64,000 nucleotides of DNA from positions 2,240,001-2,304,000 of the forward strand of contig CAVSHF010000003.1 in the NCBI GenBank assembly GCA_963727805.1, in the 5' to 3' direction. The position numbers were made by a program, and so were the translations under genes. The notes below the pieces were generated by a model. It saw only the letters and a list, made by a program, of their open reading frames with translations, was not told the origin of the DNA and searched no databases. This document shows positions 40,401 through 48,832 of the stretch, piece after piece (position 1 is the stretch's first letter; each line of letters opens with the position of its first letter). Source of the DNA: an uncultured Nitrospiraceae bacterium (GTDB lineage Bacteria > Nitrospirota > Thermodesulfovibrionia > Thermodesulfovibrionales > Dissulfurispiraceae).

Positions 40401-43217
40401 GTTCCATTCGAGAAGCCGCCTATGAGTGATCAGGAGGCGCCAGGCAATGCGCACAATCGCATCCAGACTGAAAAACGCTTCGTATGGCATGCATACAAGC
40501 GTGAATATAGCTTGAACAAAATGCCGGCGAGCCGAGCTCACTGCGACAGCAAGGTGCTGCCCCAGAGTCACATCTACTGGCTTCTGAAGCACATTCATGG
40601 CCGAAACCATCAAAGAAGGAATCAGGATGATGCCGATCACCGCCAAGGTCCAGAACCAGGCCGACGGTAACACAGTCCAGCCCAACAGCAGCAGGAGTGT
40701 TAACGCCGCAGCCATCAGACTACGCCGCAGGTTGTCGAAGATCTTCCAGCGGGACAGCATCGAAAGAGGATTTTTCTGCAGGCGCGTATCGGGGCCGGGA
40801 ATACCCGGCAACATCCAGCGCGCAATTTGCCAATCGCCGCGAATCCAACGATGCCGACGGCTCACATCCGCGCTATAGCGAGATGGATATGCCTCGTACA
40901 ACTGTACATCGCTCAATAGCCCGGCACGGGCGTAGCACCCTTCCAGAAGATCGTGGCTAAGGATCCGGTTGTCAGGAAAGCGCCCATTGACTGCCCGTTC
41001 GAATGCATCAACCTCGTAGATGCCCTTGCCGATGAATGAGCCTTCACCGAATAAGTCCTGGTAAACATCGGAAACGGCGCGCGTATACGGATCGATGCCG
41101 AGCTCACTGGCACACATACGCGCATACCTCGACCTGTTCGTGCCGGACAGGCTCACCGCCACCCGTGGCTGAAGAATGCCATATCCCGCAACGACACGTT
41201 GCTGGAATTCATCGTAGCGCGCACGATTGAGTGGGTGCCCCATGGCGCCAACAAACTGCCACGCCGAATCGCGCGCCAGTTGCGTATCGGTATCCAGGGT
41301 AATCACGTACTTCACGTCCGACAAAATGGCGGTATTACCAACAACGCGTGCGAAGCGATCACTTGATACGCCGCGCAGAAGCCCATTCAGATCCGCAAGC
41401 TTACCGCGCTTGCGCTCATAACCCATCCAGATTCGGTCACGCGGATTCCATCGGCGCGGGCGATGAAACAGGAAGAAGGTATCACCTTCTGAACTACGGT
41501 ACTTTTTGTTCAGCTCTTCGATTCTCTGCTGGGCCAACCGCAAGAGCGGTTCGTCCTCTGGCAGCGTTTCTTCGATGGCGTCGCGAAAATCAGTGAGCAG
41601 ACCGAAGTGGAGGTGATCATCCCGATTTGCCAAAAAGCGGACTTCCAATGCCTCGATCAGGTCCTCGATGTTTTGAGTGCTCGTGAGCATCGTGGGGACC
41701 ACAACCAGAGTTCGCAATTCCTGCGGGATCCCTTTGGAGAAGTCCATGCGCGGCAGCGGGCGCGGCGTCGCCAGCAACGTTGCCAGCCAGTTCACCAAGG
41801 CTACCGCCAAATGACTGGCGCACAAAAGCGAGAGCAGTCCGAGCAGCCCGAGCGCCCAACCCTGCAACCCGCCGGCATGCGCCTCTGCCGCGAAGCCCCC
41901 GGCGAAAATCCCCGTCATCAGCAGGATGGTGCCGCCATACAGCAGCAAAGGAAACCGGTGGCTGACTTTGCGTAGAAGCTCAGCAGATGATACGCGCACC
42001 TCCGTTATTCGTTCCAGCTGCGCCAATCCCTCGTCGATCAGGTAGAACCCAACATGCGCCGCACGTTCGTCTCCGCCTTTCCGACTCGCTCCCTCATGCG
42101 CCAGATGGATCGCTTTGCGAGCCACCTCGCTCTCGGAATGCGGACTGCTCTTCGCAACCTTCTCAACGACGTGGCGGTAGCGATCACGGGTGGCAAAATC
42201 CATCTTGCCGTAAACACCGGCAGGATCCTCACCCAAGGTCTGCTCGACAGTGCTCATAGTCTCTACGAACTTGCGCCAATCCATCACGCCCAGGAAACGG
42301 AGGCTGCCGATGCTGTTGCTCATCGAGACCTGGTCCGCAGCCTGCTGTTGGGTCTCCGCGCGCACCAACTGTTCGATGGTCAAGCTTGCCTCGGATAGTC
42401 GCTGTTCAATCCATGTGAGCGGCAGTGCCAGAGCGGGACCCTGGCCTTGCAAGCGCCGCGTGAGCTCCGCAACAAACGAGCTCACCATCGGGGGGTTTGA
42501 CCGTGCCATATCGGCGATGACCAGAATTAAGCTTTTGGGGTCCTTCGTGGCGATCTCAGTCATCTGATCGGCCCAATAGTCGGCGCGGTTTCGATCGATC
42601 CTGTCGGCGGCGACCCGGGCGGCAACCCTCCGAAGATTTTCGATCAGGGCCAAGCGCAGCATGATGGGGATGGCCCAAAGCTCGCCCAATTTCAGGGTGG
42701 TCACCGACTGGTAGGCGGCGACGAAACTGCTGAGGCTTTCGGGATCAACACGTCCGTCGTTGTGCGAGATCGTCTCCAACGCGATGTCATAAACCCGCGG
42801 AAGCCCAGCCGATGGGCCATTCAGCAAACGCGGCAGCTCACGGCTATAACCCTTCGGCAAGTGTCGTTTAGCTGTTCGAATCTGTTCCTCAATCAAATAG
42901 AAGTTATCGAGCAACCATTCCCCGGCCGGAGTGATCCGGCGGTCTGCCTTGACAGCAGCGGTAAGCAGATAGCGGACTCCAAGCAGTACACCTTCATTTT
43001 CAGCCAGCCGCGTCAGAAGGCGGTCCCGAGGTCGTCCCGAGCTCAACTTATGCGAGTCCGCCAAGTCCTTGCCATGATGCTTCATCTGATCGGTGCTGAA
43101 CAACTCCGATCGGAGCGGTGGTTCGCTGGTGGCGTACTTATGTGCCGGGCCGTTTCCCTGGAGGCTTGCCCACAAATGGTGCAAGTTTCCGAGAATGGTT
43201 TTGTTGAGTTCTTTCAA
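34482..43217 (-). CDS. ndvB: Cyclic beta-1,2-glucan synthase (GT84 + glucoamylase-like + GH94 phosphorylase)
   Basis: 2911 aa; EWLLDNFYLIEEQ, GYERKRGKL, ITLDTD, SHDLLEG, RRHRWIRGDWQ, YQSGGAFGFRDQLQD, GDWNDG, RENGGQYTH. Confidence 0.93.
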   Translation of the reverse strand: MKELNKTILGNLHHLWASLQGNGPAHKYATSEPPLRSELFSTDQMKHHGKDLADSHKLSSGRPRDRLLTRLAENEGVLLGVRYLLTAAVKADRRITPAGEWLLDNFYLIEEQIRTAKRHLPKGYSRELPRLLNGPSAGLPRVYDIALETISHNDGRVDPESLSSFVAAYQSVTTLKLGELWAIPIMLRLALIENLRRVAARVAADRIDRNRADYWADQMTEIATKDPKSLILVIADMARSNPPMVSSFVAELTRRLQGQGPALALPLTWIEQRLSEASLTIEQLVRAETQQQAADQVSMSNSIGSLRFLGVMDWRKFVETMSTVEQTLGEDPAGVYGKMDFATRDRYRHVVEKVAKSSPHSESEVARKAIHLAHEGASRKGGDERAAHVGFYLIDEGLAQLERITEVRVSSAELLRKVSHRFPLLLYGGTILLMTGIFAGGFAAEAHAGGLQGWALGLLGLLSLLCASHLAVALVNWLATLLATPRPLPRMDFSKGIPQELRTLVVVPTMLTSTQNIEDLIEALEVRFLANRDDHLHFGLLTDFRDAIEETLPEDEPLLRLAQQRIEELNKKYRSSEGDTFFLFHRPRRWNPRDRIWMGYERKRGKLADLNGLLRGVSSDRFARVVGNTAILSDVKYVITLDTDTQLARDSAWQFVGAMGHPLNRARYDEFQQRVVAGYGILQPRVAVSLSGTNRSRYARMCASELGIDPYTRAVSDVYQDLFGEGSFIGKGIYEVDAFERAVNGRFPDNRILSHDLLEGCYARAGLLSDVQLYEAYPSRYSADVSRRHRWIRGDWQIARWMLPGIPGPDTRLQKNPLSMLSRWKIFDNLRRSLMAAALTLLLLLGWTVLPSAWFWTLAVIGIILIPSLMVSAMNVLQKPVDVTLGQHLAVAVSSARRHFVQAIFTLVCMPYEAFFSLDAIVRIAWRLLITHRRLLEWNPSSDPDRNSRTDLAGSCRTMWIAPVIAAAVALTLALLRPTALVVAGPILCLWFASPIIVWWISRPLARRRERLTEEQTLFLRKLSRKTWAFFETFIGLEDHWLPPDNYQEHPVAVIAHRTSPTNMGFALLANLSAYDFGYISAGQLIERTANALRTMEALERYRGHFYNWYDTQSLKPLLPLYISSVDSGNLAGHLLTLRPGLLGLADDNILGARLFSGLSDTWRILEDVAEGFSPAQLAQLQKELELAVSSHPATLAAARLCLDRLTAFATEVAASADAFDDGPESQLRWWAHSLVRQCHDAIDELMFLAPWTPLLFSQNRPQDFHGIDGIPTLSQLSTLEVELLPEIDHRLAMKITPEERAWLDELRPLIMKASYRAGARIAAIEELALQSNELARMEYDFLFDKAHRLLTIGYNVGEHRQDSSYYDLLASEARFSSFVAIAQGELPQDSWFALGRLLTTTGGEPILLSWSGSMFEYLMPLLVMPTYEHTLLDQTYKAAVASQIEYGRKSGAPWGISECGYNAIDVHLNYQYRAFGVPGLGLKRGLAEDLVIAPYASALALMVAPEKACLNLERLSAEGVEGKFGFYEAIDYTPSRLPRGQSSVVVRSFMTHHQGMSFLSLAYLLLGRPMQKRFEAEPSFQATMLLLQERVPKATAFYAHTTELSELHAATSGTETPVRVFSSPDTPVPEVQLLSNGRYHVMITNAGGGYSRWKDIAVTRWHEDTTCDSWGAFCYIRDVTSGRFWSTTYQPVLKQSKNFEAVFSEGRAEFRCRHDDFDAYTEVAVSSEDDIELRRITITNRARRRREIDVTSYAEVVLAPPAADALHPAFSNLFVQTEIIRRQRTILCTRRPRSIDEQSQWMFHLMAVHGVKVGEISYETDRMQFIGRGNTTANPQAMSESSDPSGALSGSQGSVLDPIVAIRYRITLDPEESATINIVSGIGETRDAALSLVEKYQDRRLADRVFDLAWTHSQVLLRQINATEADAQLYCRIAGSVIYPNSSLRADPSVLTKNRRGQSGLWGYAISGDLPIVLLQIEDPANIDMVRQLVQAHAYWRLKGLAVDLVIWNEDHAGYRQLLHDQIIGLIAAGIEANVTDRPGGIFVRPADQIAQEDRILFQAVARAIIADSRGSLADQITRGGVTEIQLPHLTPTRTYRSEPLAVAPLPRHDLAFYNGLGGFAPDGREYVITTTHEQLTPAPWVNVLANPHFGTILSESGLSYTWSENAHEFRLTPWYNDPVSDSSGEAFYIRDEERGHFWSPTPLPCRGGTLYVTRHGFGYSVFEHTERGICSELWVYVALDASIKFTVLKVRNESGRSRRLSATGYVEWVLGDLRQKSTMHVITEIDPNSGAIFARNPYNTEFRDRTVFFDVDDTTRTVSGDRTEFLGRNGTLRSPSAMTRTRLSGKVGAALDPCAAIQVPFELAAGQEREIIFRLGAGRDNDDARTLVKRFRGSAAARAALDVVWQHWTHTLGAVQVETPDQSVNVLANGWLLYQTLACRLWARSGYYQSGGAFGFRDQLQDVMALIHSEPRLVRDHILLCAAHQYSEGDVQHWWHPPSGRGVRTHCSDDFLWLPLAVCRYVLMTGDTWVLDERVRFIEGRPLNKDEDSYYDLPHASEEMASLYDHCVHAIMKGINLGAHGLPLIGSGDWNDGMNIVGKDGKGESVWLGFFFYAVLMQFSEIARLHGDVSFVERCMQQAAQLRQNIEDNGWDGEWYRRAYFDDGSPLGSATNAECQIDSIAQSWSVLSGAGNAKRSAMAMEAVDKRLVRREHALIQLLDPPFDKSDLNPGYIKGYVPGVRENGGQYTHGAIWAAMAFAALGDSRRAWELLAMINPVNHARSKEEVMTYKVEPYVVAADVYAVSPHIGRGGWTWYTGSAGWMYQLIIESILGLRLEVDKLRFTSCLPEAWESFKVHYRFRESIYHITVLQTHDGNAETRVTVDGVEQDEKAIPLVDDRQEHTVDVRIAMR

Positions 43218-43598
43218 TGGTGAAGGCTCCTTATCTTAGAAGCGAAATCTCACAGAACCAGATCGCAACTGTGGGACGGGTTATGGGGTAATGTCGGACT
43301 AGCCCTCTCGTATGATCTAACTTAGTGTTTCTCAATCAATCGGCAGGGCAGACATCAATTTGCTGCATATCTATTATACCACAGCATATTGATATCGCTG
43401 TATTAATGTGGCGGACTTTTTCCCTTAGCCGCCCTGTTTCTGGATTGAATAACATTTTGGGCTTCTCACGCCAATTTGTCCACCCTATGAGGACGTAAAA
43501 GACCATCAGCAGCAGTTATTGTCTTCAGCATTTTCGGCGCCTCTGCCTAGTCGCCTAGAGTCTAGCGCTTATGAGTCGTGCTTAAGGTCTGGTTCGTA

Positions 43599-44357
43599 TC
43601 AGATGGACTTCGGAGCCTTTGTTCTCAAATAGCGTGAGCCCGTCCAAATAAGAACGGCTGCGAAGATAATCCTGAGTGCACCCTCCGAGAGGACAAGTGC
43701 GAGGCTTCCTCCGAAATAAGTGCCAACAAGAATGCCCGGAATCAGCCCCGCAAGAAGTTTGGTCACAACATTGCCGAGCTTGTAGTGTGCTTGAGCCCCC
43801 ACAGCTCCTGCGGGAACCATTGCGAGGAGGGAACTTCCCTGGGCTATATGCTGGCCCATGCCTGCCAATAAGACCATTGCAGGCACCATTATTGTTCCAC
43901 CCCCTACTCCCATCATTCCGGAAAGAAAGCCCGTAAAAACCCCGGTTAACAGGAGCACAACGATCTTAGGCCACCCCGATGAAACAGGATGCGAGATATC
44001 GGCAAGATAGGGCTTAAACAAGAGAAGAATAGAGACAAAGATGAGAAAGCCGCCAAAAGACCGCTTGAGTTTCCATTCTGGCAGCGCATGGGCGAAATGG
44101 GCGCCGAAACGGGCCGTGAATATGGCGGTTACAGCTAGGAGCGCTGAGGCCGTCAGGTCGACCGAGCCCTTGATAGCATATGTGATCGCCCCTGCAATGC
44201 CTGTAAAGACTAGGGCGACAAGGCTTGTCCCGTGGGCTTGGTGCTGGGTCATTCTAAGCACCCCGACCATCAGCGGGATCATCACTACTCCACCGCCAAG
44301 CCCGACCAGACCCCCGAATATACCGGCGACAAGACCGATTAAAAAATTCATCTGCAT
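43599..44357 (-). CDS. TauE/SafE (TSUP) family membrane protein
   Basis: Repeated GLVGLGGG..MIP / GMMGVGGG..MVP; A.GTSL motifs. Confidence 0.88.
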   Translation of the reverse strand: MQMNFLIGLVAGIFGGLVGLGGGVVMIPLMVGVLRMTQHQAHGTSLVALVFTGIAGAITYAIKGSVDLTASALLAVTAIFTARFGAHFAHALPEWKLKRSFGGFLIFVSILLLFKPYLADISHPVSSGWPKIVVLLLTGVFTGFLSGMMGVGGGTIMVPAMVLLAGMGQHIAQGSSLLAMVPAGAVGAQAHYKLGNVVTKLLAGLIPGILVGTYFGGSLALVLSEGALRIIFAAVLIWTGSRYLRTKAPKSI

Positions 44358-44438
44358 ATGTTATCCGAAACGAAATTAATTGATACTACTTTATAAGGGA
44401 GCAGCTTTGTGGGAACGGACATGTTCATCGGCGCGGGT

Positions 44439-46106
44439 TCATTCGCCGCCAGTCCGAGCCATGCTCAGTGCCTGTCCGATAGCGGGGATAAAATCCTTCT
44501 TACGCGAAAGCACCTTTGGCAGGATGCACGTGTCGTCTTTGACTGTTACGCCGAATGCCTTCTCAACGACCCATGTTTCCCCTTTCAGGAGAACGCGCTC
44601 CTGCTTTGAGCTCAGCGGATTCGTCACCAGTAAGGCCGTCAGATCATACCCACTTGTTACCCTTATGCGCTCAAGCTCATCGAGAAGTTCCGCTTCCCTT
44701 AGGTCGATCTGCTCGCAGTCCAGTACCATCATCTGGCTTACACCGAGTTTTTTCCCGCCGATCAGGAACTCCTTGAAGTCCGCTTCGATGAGCTCCGCAG
44801 AACTCTTTCCTTCTATATTGATGCTTGCATGGAGGAGTTCTTTGCCATATGAGTTGATGGAAACGCTGGCAAGCTCAGCAAGACGCTCTGCCATCCTGTG
44901 GTCCCGGTCGGTTGTGGTCGAAAGGGTGAGAATCAGGGTATCTGAAAGGATGCCCGAAAGGAGTAATCCGGCAATCTCTGGAGGTATCCTCACCTGGTGT
45001 AGGAACATGGTACCGGCCACTACGGTACAGGTGCTCCCGACGGGATCGTTGTAAACGAAAATAGGGGCTACAGTTGAGATGTCGCCTACCCGGTGGTGAT
45101 CGATGATTTCGAGTATTTCAGCATCTTCTATGCCGTCTATTGCTTGCGATATCTCGTTGTGGTCGACAAGGATCGCTCGTTTCCGCACGGGATCGAGCAG
45201 GTCAGTCCGTGTGATGAACCCGATGAGCCGATTTTCGCTGTCTACTGCAATCGCGGAACGATACTCCGATTCGCGTATCCTTTTGCGGAGGCTCGCGATA
45301 TGTGTGAAAAGTCCTACCGTCGGATAGTCAATACTCATGATGGATCCGACCGGTTCGGACATGGTTAAAAGCTGCAGTGTCCCGAATGCATTATGGGGCG
45401 AAGAACAGATGAGAGTTCCCCTTTCTTGGGCTGACAAAATTATGTCCTTATCCACCGGCAGCCCATCGGTGATAATTAGAGCCGAGCAGTCCGCATGGAT
45501 GAGTTCCATCTGGATGTCCTGCTGGTCGCCTATGATGACAACTGCCCCAGGGGTGACCATGTTCAGTATCGTCCCTTTCTGCATCGCGGCGACAAATACC
45601 TTTCCTGACAGGGAAGTGACATCTCTACTGTTGCTGATCACCCTGCAGTCAAGCGTTTTAACAAGGATATCTACCCCGATTGGGGACTTCGACAGATCAG
45701 AGAAGCCGACACTGTCTATATAGTGCCGCGCTATGTCTTTGAGCCCCACTAGCCCGGACAGGCGGTCCTGATCGTCAACAACAGGGACAGCACGTACGCC
45801 CTGATCTTTCATGAGCTGGGCCAGTGCCTGTATCGATTCACGAGAATGTATGAAAACAGGCTTCTTCATTTCGAGGTCACTTACTGTTGGGGTGAGGCTC
45901 TCGATTTCGTTGGGGATCGGTACCCCGAACCGTTCGAGCACAAACCGGGTTTCTTCGTTAAGCTTCCCTGCCCGTGCAGGTGTAAAGAGAAAGCGCTTGT
46001 CCGTGAGATTCTTGAAATGCGAATAGCCTATGGCGGAACAGACGGAATCAGTATCAGGATTCTTGTGTCCTACGACATAAACGATTTTTGTACGTTCAGC
46101 GCCCAT
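44439..46106 (-). CDS. ppaC: Family II Mn-dependent inorganic pyrophosphatase with CBS-DRTGG-CBS insert
   Basis: GHKNPDTDS, LVDHNE, IIDHHR, ILSDTL, DFKEF, SRKK. Confidence 0.92.
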   Translation of the reverse strand: MGAERTKIVYVVGHKNPDTDSVCSAIGYSHFKNLTDKRFLFTPARAGKLNEETRFVLERFGVPIPNEIESLTPTVSDLEMKKPVFIHSRESIQALAQLMKDQGVRAVPVVDDQDRLSGLVGLKDIARHYIDSVGFSDLSKSPIGVDILVKTLDCRVISNSRDVTSLSGKVFVAAMQKGTILNMVTPGAVVIIGDQQDIQMELIHADCSALIITDGLPVDKDIILSAQERGTLICSSPHNAFGTLQLLTMSEPVGSIMSIDYPTVGLFTHIASLRKRIRESEYRSAIAVDSENRLIGFITRTDLLDPVRKRAILVDHNEISQAIDGIEDAEILEIIDHHRVGDISTVAPIFVYNDPVGSTCTVVAGTMFLHQVRIPPEIAGLLLSGILSDTLILTLSTTTDRDHRMAERLAELASVSINSYGKELLHASINIEGKSSAELIEADFKEFLIGGKKLGVSQMMVLDCEQIDLREAELLDELERIRVTSGYDLTALLVTNPLSSKQERVLLKGETWVVEKAFGVTVKDDTCILPKVLSRKKDFIPAIGQALSMARTGGE

Positions 46107-46440
46107 TTCAGCCCTTGCAGATATAAGAGATGTAAAAATTCTGCCTCAGCAGCGCAGATTATTAATGTACCCATTAATCATCTATTCGTCAAGCGTGCTC
46201 ATCCATCCTTGCTCATCCATCCTGGTCTGCACGATTCTGTACGATAAAGTCATCGGTGATGCGGGTAGTTTGTAAAGATGAACAGATCATTCATGAAAAT
46301 TTGAAAAACCAACCGTTATGCTGTATAAATTAATTAGAGATACATGTAGAATACTATTTCATAGGGAAAGTGGTCCGCCAGCTGTTTAAGATCACTCAAG
46401 AGTGCACTCAAAACGTCGCATTAATGAACGGAGGTCTGAA

Positions 46441-46752
46441 ATGTGGTACATAGCTACCTATGACGCAAAAGAAGATGTAATGCGAACCGAAATTTATCAA
46501 GAAAGAGCAGCATGGCTGAAGAATAAGGCGAAGGTATTTGAGAAGAAATGCAAAACAATTAAACGGTATGAAGTCATAGGGAGTTCCCCCGTGAAGGTCT
46601 TTTTCCTTATAGAGACGGATGATCCGAGAACATTGAATATACTGTCCAATCATTTTGGAGATGCTTGGTACTCGGAGACTTTTCCGGTAATCGAGCGTGG
46701 GATAGCCGAGGCATTGAAGGAAGATACAGCAGGGACTACCACAGCTAAATAG
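46441..46752 (+). CDS. Hypothetical protein (small alpha/beta)
   Basis: GGAGG RBS; followed by a hairpin. Confidence 0.65.
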   Translation: MWYIATYDAKEDVMRTEIYQERAAWLKNKAKVFEKKCKTIKRYEVIGSSPVKVFFLIETDDPRTLNILSNHFGDAWYSETFPVIERGIAEALKEDTAGTTTAK

Positions 46753-46761
46753 AGACCATGA

Positions 46762-46788
46762 ACCACTCCGGACTGAGACCGGAGTGGT
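46762..46788. terminator. Hairpin between convergent genes
   Basis: accactccgg-actgaga-ccggagtggt. Confidence 0.6.
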
Positions 46789-46863
46789 AACATAATCAAA
46801 TGGTTCTAAATTTTCTGCGTGGCTTCAGACTACTTTTTATGGCTCAAGGAGAGACTGCTTTTC

Positions 46864-47379
46864 TTAAGCAATCGCTCGACGGATAACGGCAATAGCATCT
46901 TCAACAGAAGTATTGTCAGTTTCAATAACTATTTCAGGATTTAAGGGTACCTCGTAGAGAGCGGTAATTCCGGGGACAGGCCAGCCTTCTCCCCCTTTTT
47001 TATAAATATTTTTTGGTGCGCTGCGGGTATCTTTCCTTATTGCCTCGCGCTGCTGGCATGTTTCTATGGGGCACTTCAGATACACTTCCATGTAATGGGG
47101 GATGATTTCGCGTGCCAAATCGCGCCACAGCCTGAGGTTGCCTGTGGCATCAATCAGTACATCATGCCCGAGTTCGGCAAGGACTTTGGCGAGAGAGACG
47201 ATAGATCGGTAAACGATATCTCGTTCCACCTCGGAATAAGTCGGTTGGGGCGTAATGATCTTTCTCAGATCGTCCATCCTGAGGAGTGTAAAATCAGGAT
47301 GCGCTTTCTTGATGGCATCGGCAATTGTGCTCTTGCCGCTTCCGGGAAGGCCCGTGATCCATAGGACAAGCCCACTCAT
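46864..47379 (-). CDS. Adenylyl-sulfate kinase family protein (CysC-like)
   Basis: WITGLPGSGKST, D.LR, EVYLKCP, PGI..YEVP.NPE. Confidence 0.8.
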   Translation of the reverse strand: MSGLVLWITGLPGSGKSTIADAIKKAHPDFTLLRMDDLRKIITPQPTYSEVERDIVYRSIVSLAKVLAELGHDVLIDATGNLRLWRDLAREIIPHYMEVYLKCPIETCQQREAIRKDTRSAPKNIYKKGGEGWPVPGITALYEVPLNPEIVIETDNTSVEDAIAVIRRAIA

Positions 47380-47602
47380 ATATAAAGCATAGCATCTTTT
47401 CAGCCGAACGCAGAGCCCACACTCAAGAACACAGACCAAGAGAATTTCTTTTTTCCTGTTTTTACATGCTCTGAGTGCTATCTATCCCTATTCGTCTAAG
47501 CTACTGAATATTTTCTTAAATATCAGGAAGGACAATAAAAAAAGGGGAGAATTTCTTGCTGTACGGTAAATTTTTTCTGAGCTCATACATTATTGCAGGT
47601 AT

Positions 47603-48817
47603 CTATTTCTCTTCTGCTGACTTGATGCACTCGACGGTCTGCTGAGCGATCTCAAGTTCCTCGTTAGTCGGGATGACCATAACCTTCACTCTGGCACCTG
47701 CTGTGGATATCTCGCGCAAGGATAGCAACGGGGCCGAGTTCTTTGCCGGGTCCATAATGATCCCCATTGCTTCTAAGCCGGAGCAGCATTGCTCGCGGAT
47801 CTCAACCGCGTTTTCGCCTATTCCGCCGGTAAAAATAATGGCGTCAACACTCCCGATCACTGCATAGAATTCGCCGATATATTTTCTGATTCGGTAGCAG
47901 AACATATCAATTGCAAGCCTGGCGTTCAGGTTGCCGCCTGCCGCAAGGCGTTCTACCTCGCGCATATCGTTTGCTCCGCAAATGCCCTTTAGTCCGCTCT
48001 GCGTGTTGAGGATGTTTTCAATCTCATTGAACGACTTGCCGAGGTTTCTGGCGAGATAGAAGGGGATTGCAGGATCAAGATCGCCACAACGTGTTCCCAT
48101 CACAAGACCTTCAAGAGGCGTCATTCCCATCGAAGTATCGACACTCTCACCGCCCTTGATGGCAGCGGCGCTCCCTCCGTTGCCCAGATGCAGGGTAATC
48201 AAGTTACATTCGCTAAGCGCCTTGCCGAGATAGGCAGCGCACTGCTTTGCGACGTACCGGTGAGAGGTCCCATGAAAGCCGTACCGACGCACGCGCAGCT
48301 CCTTGTAAAAAGTATAGGGAAGTGCATAGTGGTAGGCATGGGGAGGCATCGTCTGATGGAAGGCTGTGTCAAACACCGCAACTTGCGGAACGTTGGGACA
48401 GATGTGGCGTGAAACCTCGATCCCCATCAGGTTTGCAGGATTATGCAGCGGCGCAAGCGGGATCATCTCACGGATGGCATCGACGACCTTATCGACAATC
48501 AGGGCCGGTTTCCAGAAAGTCTCACCGCCATGGACAACGCGATGCCCGATCCCAGAAAGCTCATCTAGAGTATGAATGACGCCGAGCTTCAAGGTAATAT
48601 CGAGAATGAGTCTGAGGCCCTCATTGTGGTCTGCAACACGGCCTTCGGCAATTGCCTCCCTGGTATCACCGTTCCCGTCAAGCCATTTGTACTTAAGGCG
48701 GCCCGATGCCTCGCCGATCTGTTCGAGCAGGCCTGTTGTCAGGACCGAGCGATTATTCATGTTGAATATCTGATACTTGATCGATGAACTACCAGAATTA
48801 AGGACTAATATTTTCAT
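47603..48817 (-). CDS. ackA: Acetate kinase
   Basis: LNSGSSSIK, GHRVVHGG, APLHNP, FDTAFH, RRYGFHGTSH, FTGGIGEN, TNEE. Confidence 0.97.
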   Translation of the reverse strand: MKILVLNSGSSSIKYQIFNMNNRSVLTTGLLEQIGEASGRLKYKWLDGNGDTREAIAEGRVADHNEGLRLILDITLKLGVIHTLDELSGIGHRVVHGGETFWKPALIVDKVVDAIREMIPLAPLHNPANLMGIEVSRHICPNVPQVAVFDTAFHQTMPPHAYHYALPYTFYKELRVRRYGFHGTSHRYVAKQCAAYLGKALSECNLITLHLGNGGSAAAIKGGESVDTSMGMTPLEGLVMGTRCGDLDPAIPFYLARNLGKSFNEIENILNTQSGLKGICGANDMREVERLAAGGNLNARLAIDMFCYRIRKYIGEFYAVIGSVDAIIFTGGIGENAVEIREQCCSGLEAMGIIMDPAKNSAPLLSLREISTAGARVKVMVIPTNEELEIAQQTVECIKSAEEK

Positions 48818-48832
48818 ACGTGCTCGTCCCGC

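Noticed and set aside
43346..43358. 13-nt match (cagggcagacatc) to the duplication junction near 8400
   Set aside because: Matches of this length are expected by chance in 64 kb; no further similarity
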